Assembly (NCBI GenBank): GCA_012800525.1
Contig: JAAZJD010000021.1
Coordinates: 15,402-79,401 of the forward strand
From: Clostridiales bacterium
GTDB lineage: Bacteria > Bacillota > Clostridia > Christensenellales > DTU072
Reading direction: 5' to 3'
DNA length: 64,000 nucleotides
This document shows, piece after piece, positions 52,068-61,800 of the stretch. The translations under genes and the position numbers were made by a program. The notes beneath the pieces are model-generated. The model was given only the letters and a program-made list of their open reading frames with translations. It made no database searches and was not told the origin of the DNA. Position 1 is the first letter of the stretch, and the number at the start of each line of letters is the position of its first letter.

Positions 52068-52719
52068 AAACTTTCTACCAATTTAATAACCATTTGAAGC
52101 AAAATTCATAATATTTCACAAATAAAACACATTGGAGCAAAAAAGCTAAATAAATTAAAAGTTTATCTTAGAAAATCAATACTTTTGAACACATAAACAA
52201 GCGATGTGAACTTTAGTAACTCTTAGATTAAGTGTAACTTTTGAGTCAGCCCTCGGAAAGTTTGTCAAAGTAAATGCAACTTTCAAAGTTTTTTATTTTT
52301 GTGATGAAAAAAAAATGAGAAAATGTAAGATTCGACAAAAATAAATTTCAAGACTGATATTGATAAAACAAAAGAAAAACATTCGATAACACATTTTAAA
52401 TATCAGGTTGGCAACTAAAATTTTCTAGCGGTTAATACGTTTTTACGATAAGAAAGAGCATGTAAATAGTAAATAGGAAACTGGTGATCTTTTTTATGTT
52501 ATGAATAATATATAGGAAAGTAAACCGTAAAATTTAAATTTATTCATTGTTAGTCATTTCAAAAGATTAAATTGAAAATAAACACATTGATTCTTTTTTA
52601 GATTTAAAACTGCTATGTGGCAGTATATGACAGAATTTGTAGCTATAGATACATAATTTGTAAGAATTATATAAATCCAATTAAAAGTAAGGCTTAAAGG
52701 CAAAAACTTGTATCTTGTG

Positions 52720-53316
52720 TTACAAATTGTTTAGGTTCTTTATTTTTAAAAACAAAGACCTTAAGGCCCTAGCCCTATGACTTACAGAGTTTTTTTCTTC
52801 ACAGCTTGCCTCGCCAAAAGCTTTTTGAAGCTCACTTGAATAAAAGATTGGATCATAACCAAAACCAAAATTGCCTTTAGGAGATTTTAAGATTGAGCCT
52901 TCGACTTCGCCAACTGAATGTATTACTTTATTGTTGGGGAATAATAAAACTAGCTCACAAACAAACTTAGCTTTCCTGTCGTCATGATTTTTTAATAAAG
53001 CAAGAAGCTTTTCATTGTTTTCTTCATCTGTAGCATTTAATCTTGCAAATCTCGCAGAATGTATGCCAGGTGCACCATCTAAAGAGGCGACAACCAAACC
53101 ACTATCGTCAGCTAAAACTGGCTTATTGATAAACTTAGAAACAGCTTTTGCTTTAATGAGTGCATTTTCATAAAAAATGCTACCATTTTCTTCAATATCA
53201 TCATCAAAACCGATTGAACTTAAAGAAAAAAACTTAATTTCATCGCCCATTATCTGCTTGATTTCATTAAGTTTATTTATATTGTTACTTGCTACTACTA
53301 TCTCTTTAACAACCAT
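52720..53316 (-). CDS. rdgB: Non-canonical purine NTP pyrophosphatase (RdgB/HAM1 family)
   Basis: 198 aa. VASNNINKLNEIK, ENGSIFYENALIKA, LADDSGL, FGYDPIF and SHRARAL motifs follow the RdgB/ITPase pattern. Confidence 0.9.
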   Translation of the reverse strand: MVVKEIVVASNNINKLNEIKQIMGDEIKFFSLSSIGFDDDIEENGSIFYENALIKAKAVSKFINKPVLADDSGLVVASLDGAPGIHSARFARLNATDEENNEKLLALLKNHDDRKAKFVCELVLLFPNNKVIHSVGEVEGSILKSPKGNFGFGYDPIFYSSELQKAFGEASCEEKNSVSHRARALRSLFLKIKNLNNL

Positions 53317-53336
53317 TTTTTAAGTGCTTTTCTATA

Positions 53337-55817
53337 TTAATCATTATCTACTAATTCAGGAGCATCACCATATGTTTCTTTTTTATCTGCTCTTTTTTCC
53401 ATCAACCCCGATATCGTTTTTGCAAGCCCTTTAAAGAATCTCCCATTTAACATAAACAACAGTCCTTCAACAGTTCTTTTTGAAACTCTACCCATTGATT
53501 GTGCATATAAATTACGCATCGGGATATTCAATGTGCCCTCATACAACATTTTCTTTTTAGCTTTTGTTTGTTTCCCAGCAGAACCTAAGCGTTGTCCTCC
53601 AATTTTTGCTATCCAACGGAAAAATCTAGCAAAGCCTTTCGGATGTAATTCTCCTATACAGGTGTTCATTGTATATTTTTTATGGGTTGGTCTTATATAT
53701 GGGTTAACATTTCTTCCTAAAAGATGTTCAAAGTCAGCTAAAGGAATCGACTCAACTTTTTCTAAATTAAAGTATGAAGGTGCAATCAAAGTATAATCTG
53801 CGACATTTTTTTCATTTCCTTTGTGAAAAACGGTTTCTTTTAATAAAATATGCCTTGAAGAACTTCCAACTAAAACATCAAACTCCCCACCTTCAATTTG
53901 CCACTCTTTTTCATCCACATTATAAAAAGAAAATGAACGATCGTCTAATTCAATTTTTATTGTTTTCTCTTCGCCAGGGGATAAAAATACCTTTTCAAAG
54001 CCTTTTAATTCTTTTAGTGGCATGATTTGTTTTGACTCTTTATTACTTATATATAATTGAGCAACTTCAGCTCCAAAATAATGTCCTATATTTTTCACAT
54101 TAAAAGATACCGTTAATTTTTCACCATATTTCAATGATTTGTGAGACACTTCAATATTAGAATATTCAAATTTTGTATATGATAAACCAAAACCAAAAGG
54201 AAACATAACATCTTTTTTTGCTTTATCAAAATATCTATACCCTACAAATATGCTCTCCCTATATTCTGCAAAAGGTAATCCAAAATATTGATTTGAAAGC
54301 TCATCATCCAAATCAATTGCAAAAGTTTCAGCAAGCTTACCAGATGGATTGACTTTACCAGTCAATAATTCATAATTTGATTCGCCCCCAGATTCTCCAG
54401 TTAAACCTATATACAAAATAGCTCTAGCTTTGTCATAATAACTAACTTTAGAAGGAGAACCACCAGTTAAAACAATAATGATATTTTTATTTACTTTATA
54501 GACTTCTTCTATCAATTTTGTATGTGCCTTAGGGATTTCTAAATGCTCTCTATCAAAACTTTCTGATTCAAAGTCATCAGTTAAGCCAACATACACTAAA
54601 ACAACATCTTTACCAATCGTAGAATTTGCAGCATCTTTAATCATTGACTCAGATATCTTGTCGCATTCTATGGTATAACCAGGCGAATAGCTGTACTTTA
54701 CACCCAAAGTATCTAAATAACTTAAAAAGCTAACTTCATGTTTTGGAACAACATTACTACTGCCACCACCTTGATAGCGCATGTGCTCTGCAAGTTTACC
54801 GACTACTGCTAAATCAACACCTTCTTTTAGTGGAAGTATTCCATCATTTTTTAGTAAAACTGCACCCTCATTTGCAACCTCTTTTGCTAAAATGTGATTA
54901 GATGCATAATCAGCTTTAAACCCTTTGTTTTTAGCTAGATTAGCATCGCATTTAAAAATAAAACTCAAAAGATCAGCAAGCAAATCGTCTAAAACATCTT
55001 CAGAAAGAGCACCTTCCTTTACTGCTCTCACTATTTCCGCATCTCTTTCACCACCAGATGTTGGCATTTCCAAATGCAGGCCAGCTTTTACTCCCTCTAC
55101 TCTATCAGTAACTGCACCCCAGTCAGAAACAACTACACCTTTATAACCCCATTCTTCTTTTAAGATATCTTTTAGCAAAAGTTTGTTTTCTGATGCATAC
55201 ACACCATTGACTTGATTATATGCACTCATAATCGTATATGGATTTGATCTTTTTACTATTTGTTCAAAAGCATATAAATATATTTCTCTAAGTGCACGCT
55301 CATCTATTTCACTACTTGAAATCAATCGTCTAAATTCTTGAGAATTAACTGCATAGTGCTTAACAGAGGTTCCGACATTTTCACTTTGAACACCATCAAC
55401 ATAAGCAATGCCAAGCTCAGCAGTAAGATACGGATCTTCTGAAAGATATTCAAAATTTCTACCACATAAAGGAGATCTTTTGATATTAATCCCAGGACCA
55501 AGGACAACTGCAACTTCTTGATCTTTTGCTTCATTAGCTAGAGCCTTGCCCATTTTATAAACCAAATCTCTATTCCACGTAGAAGCTACTGTTGCAGCAG
55601 GAGGGAAGCATGTTGCCGGATAAGATTTATCAAATAAATTAGTAAAACTAGCCTCATAGACCTCTTTTCTCATACCATGAGGACCATCTGCCATATTTAT
55701 AGATGGTATACCCAGTCTTTTAATGGGAGTTGTCTCCCAAGAAGAAACACCAGAACATAATGCTGCCTTTTCTTCTAAGGTTAGTTTAGCTATAATATCT
55801 TTTATTTTATTATCCAT
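53337..55817 (-). CDS. Glycoside hydrolase family 3 beta-glucosidase (cytoplasmic, with Fn3-like domain and a basic C-terminal extension)
   Basis: 826 aa. LTLEEKAALCSG...GIPSINMADGPHGMRK N-terminus and GVVVSDWGA (nucleophile Asp region) are typical of GH3 BglX-like enzymes. No signal peptide. Confidence 0.88.
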   Translation of the reverse strand: MDNKIKDIIAKLTLEEKAALCSGVSSWETTPIKRLGIPSINMADGPHGMRKEVYEASFTNLFDKSYPATCFPPAATVASTWNRDLVYKMGKALANEAKDQEVAVVLGPGINIKRSPLCGRNFEYLSEDPYLTAELGIAYVDGVQSENVGTSVKHYAVNSQEFRRLISSSEIDERALREIYLYAFEQIVKRSNPYTIMSAYNQVNGVYASENKLLLKDILKEEWGYKGVVVSDWGAVTDRVEGVKAGLHLEMPTSGGERDAEIVRAVKEGALSEDVLDDLLADLLSFIFKCDANLAKNKGFKADYASNHILAKEVANEGAVLLKNDGILPLKEGVDLAVVGKLAEHMRYQGGGSSNVVPKHEVSFLSYLDTLGVKYSYSPGYTIECDKISESMIKDAANSTIGKDVVLVYVGLTDDFESESFDREHLEIPKAHTKLIEEVYKVNKNIIIVLTGGSPSKVSYYDKARAILYIGLTGESGGESNYELLTGKVNPSGKLAETFAIDLDDELSNQYFGLPFAEYRESIFVGYRYFDKAKKDVMFPFGFGLSYTKFEYSNIEVSHKSLKYGEKLTVSFNVKNIGHYFGAEVAQLYISNKESKQIMPLKELKGFEKVFLSPGEEKTIKIELDDRSFSFYNVDEKEWQIEGGEFDVLVGSSSRHILLKETVFHKGNEKNVADYTLIAPSYFNLEKVESIPLADFEHLLGRNVNPYIRPTHKKYTMNTCIGELHPKGFARFFRWIAKIGGQRLGSAGKQTKAKKKMLYEGTLNIPMRNLYAQSMGRVSKRTVEGLLFMLNGRFFKGLAKTISGLMEKRADKKETYGDAPELVDND

Positions 55818-55861
55818 TTTTCCTCAAAAAATGCTCAATTTTATAATATTATATATTAATA

Positions 55862-55899
55862 AAGGTTAAGTCGCAATGAGATTAACCGCGCTTAACCTT
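55862..55899 (-). terminator. Hairpin after the CofE-like gene (possible terminator)
   Basis: 9-bp stem AAGGTTAAG / CTTAACCTT with a 20-nt loop. On the minus strand it is followed by U/A-rich sequence, not a clean U-run. Confidence 0.4.
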
Positions 55900-55941
55900 A
55901 ATTTTGATTACATAGCTTATATGTGTGCTAACATAGTAAAA

Positions 55942-57117
55942 TTAACTGGCGTAATTGTTAAAATAGCCTTGTATAAGTACAATTGGTGTTCCCTTGTCGC
56001 CACTTCCGCTTAAAAGATCACACAATGAGCCTATTAAATCACTAATCTGTCTTGGGGTAGTTCCAAGTGTTACATTCGAATCTTTTATATCGGATTTATT
56101 TTTGATAATCTCTTTAATTTTTTCTTCAGCCTCTTCTTCACTAACATTTGATAGAGTATTATCAGCAACATACTTTAACTTTATTTCATTAGGTGTTCCC
56201 TGTAGACCTTGAGTAAATGCAGGCGCAACCACTGGATCTGCTAACTCCCAAATTCCACCAACTGGATCTTTAAAGGCTCCATCTCCATAGACCAAAACTT
56301 CAATATTTTTTCCTATGCGTTTTTTGAAAATATTTTGTACTTCCGTGACAAATTTTTTACAATCACGTGGAAATAATTTAACTGAATTGTCTGTTGCTAG
56401 ATTACTTCCTAACAATCCATATTTGTCGTTATATCCACTTCCATCTATACTGCTAGTCAAAATTTCATCAAGTGAAACCACTTGCTCCGCCCCTGCAGAC
56501 ACTAGTTTCTTTTTCGTCTTATTTCTAGTATGGATATCTCCGCATATTACCTTTTTTGTATATTTAAGAATTTCTTCTGCTTTATTTCCCAAAATTATTT
56601 CACAAGTATTGCCTGTCGCTTCTTTATATAGATAAATATAATCTACCCCTGTAAATGGATGGGATAATTTTGGAAAAATTTTTCTAAATTCTGACTCTGT
56701 TACAACATCCGTATATGGGTTTAATTTTGATTGCTCTAGTTGATCAATAGTAATTAGAGGATTTCCCACTTCATCACTAGGATATGAAAGCATAATATAA
56801 AGTTTTTTGACACCTTTAGACAAAGCTTTTAAAATTGGTAAAAATCGATTTCTTGACAAAATTGGAAAAACTAAACCAACTTCCTCATTTCCAAATATTT
56901 GATTAACTGCTTTAGAAATCTGCTCAATAGTAGCATAATTACCTTGTGTTCTTGCTAATATAGCTTCAGTCACTCCTACTATATCTCTATCATTTAATTC
57001 AAACTTTTCATTTTCCGATGCTTTAATTACGCAATCAACTACCATTTCTGGCAAATTATCACCCTCTCTAAAGATTGGGGCTTTAATTCCTCTACCTACT
57101 GTTCCTACTAAACTCAT
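55942..57117 (-). CDS. F420-0:gamma-glutamyl ligase (CofE)-like family protein; function in this organism unknown
   Basis: 391 aa. The N-terminal pattern (GIKAPIFREGDNLPEMVV...IVGVTEAILARTQGNY) and YGLLGSNLA / VYGDGAFKDP resemble the CofE-type ligase fold as I remember it. SD AGGAG lies 8 nt upstream. The family call is tentative. Confidence 0.45.
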   Translation of the reverse strand: MSLVGTVGRGIKAPIFREGDNLPEMVVDCVIKASENEKFELNDRDIVGVTEAILARTQGNYATIEQISKAVNQIFGNEEVGLVFPILSRNRFLPILKALSKGVKKLYIMLSYPSDEVGNPLITIDQLEQSKLNPYTDVVTESEFRKIFPKLSHPFTGVDYIYLYKEATGNTCEIILGNKAEEILKYTKKVICGDIHTRNKTKKKLVSAGAEQVVSLDEILTSSIDGSGYNDKYGLLGSNLATDNSVKLFPRDCKKFVTEVQNIFKKRIGKNIEVLVYGDGAFKDPVGGIWELADPVVAPAFTQGLQGTPNEIKLKYVADNTLSNVSEEEAEEKIKEIIKNKSDIKDSNVTLGTTPRQISDLIGSLCDLLSGSGDKGTPIVLIQGYFNNYAS

Positions 57118-57361
57118 TTTTAGACTCCTAAAAAATTCACATATTGATTATCTTATACGCAATTTCTTTTGTCAAGAAAAGCAGACTAAACAAAAAAATA
57201 TATCGCTTAAAAGTTTAATAAATTTTAAAATTGTATAACCGTCTAATCTAAAAAACATTGAATAATATACCTATAGGTTAAACTTTTTTAACAAATGTGC
57301 AAGTCTTTTAAATGACAAATTTAAGTTTACATATACCACAACATAATACAATTTATATCAA

Positions 57362-57390
57362 TTGACTATTGATTTTATATTTTTTATAAT
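57362..57390 (+). promoter_or_regulatory. Sigma-70-type promoter of guaB
   Basis: TTGACT (57362-57367), 17-nt spacer, TATAAT (57385-57390). SD GGAG at 57407-57410. Confidence 0.55.
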
Positions 57391-57405
57391 TAAAAAAAGC
57401 AATAA

Positions 57406-58893
<1,488 letters not shown>

Positions 58894-58912
58894 TTATACA
58901 AGTTTATAATAC

Positions 58913-59047
58913 AAGGGGCTGTTAAGAAACTCAAAAAAATCTTAACAGCTTTTTTGTTGTTGGAAAACAAACACATTTAAAGAAGTGCTATTTTGACATT
59001 AGCTATTTATATGTTGTAGTTATTTAAACGTTTCTTAACAGCCCCTT
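58913..59047. repeat. 18-bp perfect inverted repeat flanking a 99-nt spacer; its left arm overlaps the guaB terminator stem
   Basis: AAGGGGCTGTTAAGAAAC (58913-58930) and its exact reverse complement GTTTCTTAACAGCCCCTT (59030-59047). A third, 10-nt partial copy (58940-49) forms the terminator. Confidence 0.85.
58918..58955 (+). terminator. Rho-independent terminator of guaB
   Basis: Stem GCTGTTAAGA (58918-58927) pairs with TCTTAACAGC (58940-58949), with a 12-nt loop, then TTTTTT. Confidence 0.75.
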
Positions 59048-59064
59048 ATTTGTGTAATATGTTT

Positions 59065-60330
59065 TTATACTCTTTGCCCTAACTCTTTTTCTAAATATGC
59101 AAGCTTTGCAGAATTACAAAACACTTGCATTGCAATACCTAAATCTTTGTATGATGGAAAAGATGGCGCAATTCTTAAACTACTATCTTCAGGGTCTCTT
59201 TTATATGGGTACGTTGCCCCAGAATCAGTAAATATTACTCCTGCAAATTTTGATAATTCTACAGTTCTTTTAGCAGTACCCGGATACAGATTACAAGCTA
59301 CAAAATATCCACCTCTAGGATTTAGCCAGGTAGCAATACCACTATTCCCAAGTTCTTCATTTAAGACTTCTAGCACTCTTTCAAACTTTGGTCTCAATAT
59401 ATCTGCATGTTTTCCCATGATTTTTTGTATATTATCTTTATCTTTTAAAAATTTAAAATGAGCTAATTGAACTAATTTATTGGGACCAATAGATTGGATA
59501 CTCATTAATGACTTTAAAGATTTAATATTTTCTTTACTTGCAACCATAAATGCAACACCTGCTCCTGCAAAAGTAATTTTTGAGGTTGAGCCAAATATAT
59601 ATACGATATTTTCATTACCATATTTTTTTGCTTGAGCCAAAATATCAAGAAGATTATCATCTTCATATAGCCAATGAACCATATATGCATTATCCCAAAA
59701 AATTCTAAAATCCTTTGCAGCAGGTTTAAGCTTAGCAAATCTATCTACAATTTCATCGCTATATACCACACCTGATGGATTGCTATATTTAGGAACACAC
59801 CAAATACCTTTAACTTGTGGATCTTTTGCGAGTTCTTCAACCATATTCATATCTGGGCCATTTTCATCCATAGGTATATTTATCATTTCAATCCCAAAAA
59901 GTTCTGTAATTGCAAAATGCCTATCATAGCCAGGAACAGGACATAACCATTTTATTTTACCTTGCTGATTCCACGGTTTTTCTCCTAAAACGCCAAACTG
60001 CATTGCTCTTTGCAATGAATCATACATTAATATTAAACTGGCATTTTCATTTACAATAATTTCATCTTTTTCAACATTTAAAAAATCACAAAAAAGAGTT
60101 TTCATCTCTGGAATACCATCTAAAATTCCATAGTTTCTATAATCATCACCAGTAAATTTTATTGAAGAGTTTAGCTCGTCTAACAAACCATTAGAGATGT
60201 CTAATTGTTCAGGAGCTGGCTTACCTCTTGCCATATTTAAAGATAAATTCATTCCGCAAAATGCTTTATGTTTCTTTACTTCTATATCAAAAACCTTTCT
60301 TTTTTCTTCTAAACTTAAATTTATAAGCAT
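59065..60330 (-). CDS. PLP-dependent aminotransferase (class I/II fold), substrate not assignable
   Basis: 421 aa. NMARGKPAPEQLD N-terminal motif, FGSTSKITFAGAGVAF (PLP-Lys context), and N/Y/R residues spaced as in fold type I aminotransferases. Confidence 0.75.
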   Translation of the reverse strand: MLINLSLEEKRKVFDIEVKKHKAFCGMNLSLNMARGKPAPEQLDISNGLLDELNSSIKFTGDDYRNYGILDGIPEMKTLFCDFLNVEKDEIIVNENASLILMYDSLQRAMQFGVLGEKPWNQQGKIKWLCPVPGYDRHFAITELFGIEMINIPMDENGPDMNMVEELAKDPQVKGIWCVPKYSNPSGVVYSDEIVDRFAKLKPAAKDFRIFWDNAYMVHWLYEDDNLLDILAQAKKYGNENIVYIFGSTSKITFAGAGVAFMVASKENIKSLKSLMSIQSIGPNKLVQLAHFKFLKDKDNIQKIMGKHADILRPKFERVLEVLNEELGNSGIATWLNPRGGYFVACNLYPGTAKRTVELSKFAGVIFTDSGATYPYKRDPEDSSLRIAPSFPSYKDLGIAMQVFCNSAKLAYLEKELGQRV

Positions 60331-60455
60331 AGTATTCTCATATAATAATGTTGTTTGAATTTAACCAGCAAAAATGGTTAGCAACATTACTTTGTATTTA
60401 TATTAGCTTAATTATATACTTAAAACACCATTTTTAATAATGTTTTAACATGCAT

Positions 60456-61781
60456 TTAAAGCTCTTTACCCTCTCGTGCCCTTGTTACTAACTTTATCGG
60501 AGTTCCTTCAAAAACAAAAGAATCTCTAATATGATTTTCTAAAAATCTCAAATATGAAAAATGAATTAAAGAAGTATCATTTACAAAAAACACAAAAGTT
60601 GGAGGATTTGTGCCACCTTGCACAGCATAATATATTTTTAATCTGCGTCCACTTCTTAACGGTGGTTCATTAGTTAATATTGCATTCCCTATAATTTCGT
60701 TTAGTAATCCTGTAGATATGTGTCTTGATGCATTTTCATAAACTTCTAGTGCTACTTTTAAAACTTGATTAACTCTTCGACCAGTTAAAGCACTAATATA
60801 TAATGGCTTGAAATAACTCATAAACTTTAATTGTTCTTTCAGTTTATTTGTAAATTCATATGCTGTATTTGTATTTTTCTCTATCAAATCCCACTTATTC
60901 ATTAAAATTACACTAGGTTTCCCTGCTTCATGAACTAATCCGCAAATTTTCACATCTTGCTCTGTTAACATTTCTTCAGAATCAACAACAATTAAAACAA
61001 TATCTGCCCTTCTAATGGCTGCAATGCTTCTAACTACACTATAATATTCAACGTCTTCGTCAACTTTTGCTTTTTTTCTAATTCCAGCTGTATCAATTAA
61101 TAAAAACTTTTGACCTTCATATTCGATTGGAGTGTCAATTGCATCTCGTGTTGTCCCAGCGATATTAGTAACAATACTCCTTTCATAACCTAAAAGATAA
61201 TTGACTAATGAAGATTTACCAGAGTTTGGCTTGCCAACAACTGCAATTTTTAAGACATCACTCTCTTCTTCAATATCCTTTCTTTCAAATCCTGAAATTA
61301 CATCATCAAGCAAATCTCCGATACCTAAACCTTGCGCTGCTGAAATTGGATGAGGATGGCCTAAGCCTAGCGAATAAAAATCAAAAACTAAAGACTCATC
61401 TTGCCCATCAATTTTATTTACGGCTAAAACGACACGCTTATTAGCCTTCCTTAATAAATTTGCAACCTCTAAATCATCAGATGTTACACCAGTTTTTACG
61501 TCGACTAAAAATATAATAACATCGCTTATGTCTATGGCAAGCTCTGCTTGAGTTCGTATATGTTTCCACATTAAATCATCACTTTTAAGTTCAAGCCCAC
61601 CTGTATCAATTAAAGTAAAATGATAGCCCAACCAATCAACATCTACATAGATTCTATCTCTTGTCACACCTGGCATATCATCTACAATAGAAATTCGCCT
61701 TCCTGCAACTTTGTTGAAAAAGGTCGATTTCCCAACATTGGGTCTTCCAACTACTGCAACTAAAGGCTTTTTAGTACTCAT
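60456..61781 (-). CDS. der: Ribosome-associated GTPase Der (EngA)
   Basis: Two tandem G domains (GRPNVGKSTFFN...DTGG...NKID; GKPNSGKSSLVN...DTAG...NKWD) plus a KH-like C-terminus. The ATG at 61781 (after GGAGA) is preferred to the TTG at 61793. Confidence 0.95.
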   Translation of the reverse strand: MSTKKPLVAVVGRPNVGKSTFFNKVAGRRISIVDDMPGVTRDRIYVDVDWLGYHFTLIDTGGLELKSDDLMWKHIRTQAELAIDISDVIIFLVDVKTGVTSDDLEVANLLRKANKRVVLAVNKIDGQDESLVFDFYSLGLGHPHPISAAQGLGIGDLLDDVISGFERKDIEEESDVLKIAVVGKPNSGKSSLVNYLLGYERSIVTNIAGTTRDAIDTPIEYEGQKFLLIDTAGIRKKAKVDEDVEYYSVVRSIAAIRRADIVLIVVDSEEMLTEQDVKICGLVHEAGKPSVILMNKWDLIEKNTNTAYEFTNKLKEQLKFMSYFKPLYISALTGRRVNQVLKVALEVYENASRHISTGLLNEIIGNAILTNEPPLRSGRRLKIYYAVQGGTNPPTFVFFVNDTSLIHFSYLRFLENHIRDSFVFEGTPIKLVTRAREGKEL

Positions 61782-61800
61782 ACATATCTCCAAATAAAAC

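Noticed and set aside
51900-52315. Homopolymer tracts as phase-variation switches: T7 in codons 29-31 of the giant gene (51900-51906) and A9 at 52307-52315
   Set aside because: T7 is short for slipped-strand switching. The A9 tract lies ~240 nt upstream of the promoter candidate, not in a spacer or coding region. This is speculative without population data.
14325-52719. Whether the giant operon is a tRNA-targeted genomic island
   Set aside because: It sits directly beside a tRNA cluster. However, I see no integrase or transposase gene, no direct repeat of the tRNA-Lys 3' end near 52.0-52.7 kb, and no visible compositional break. There is no support for recent mobility.
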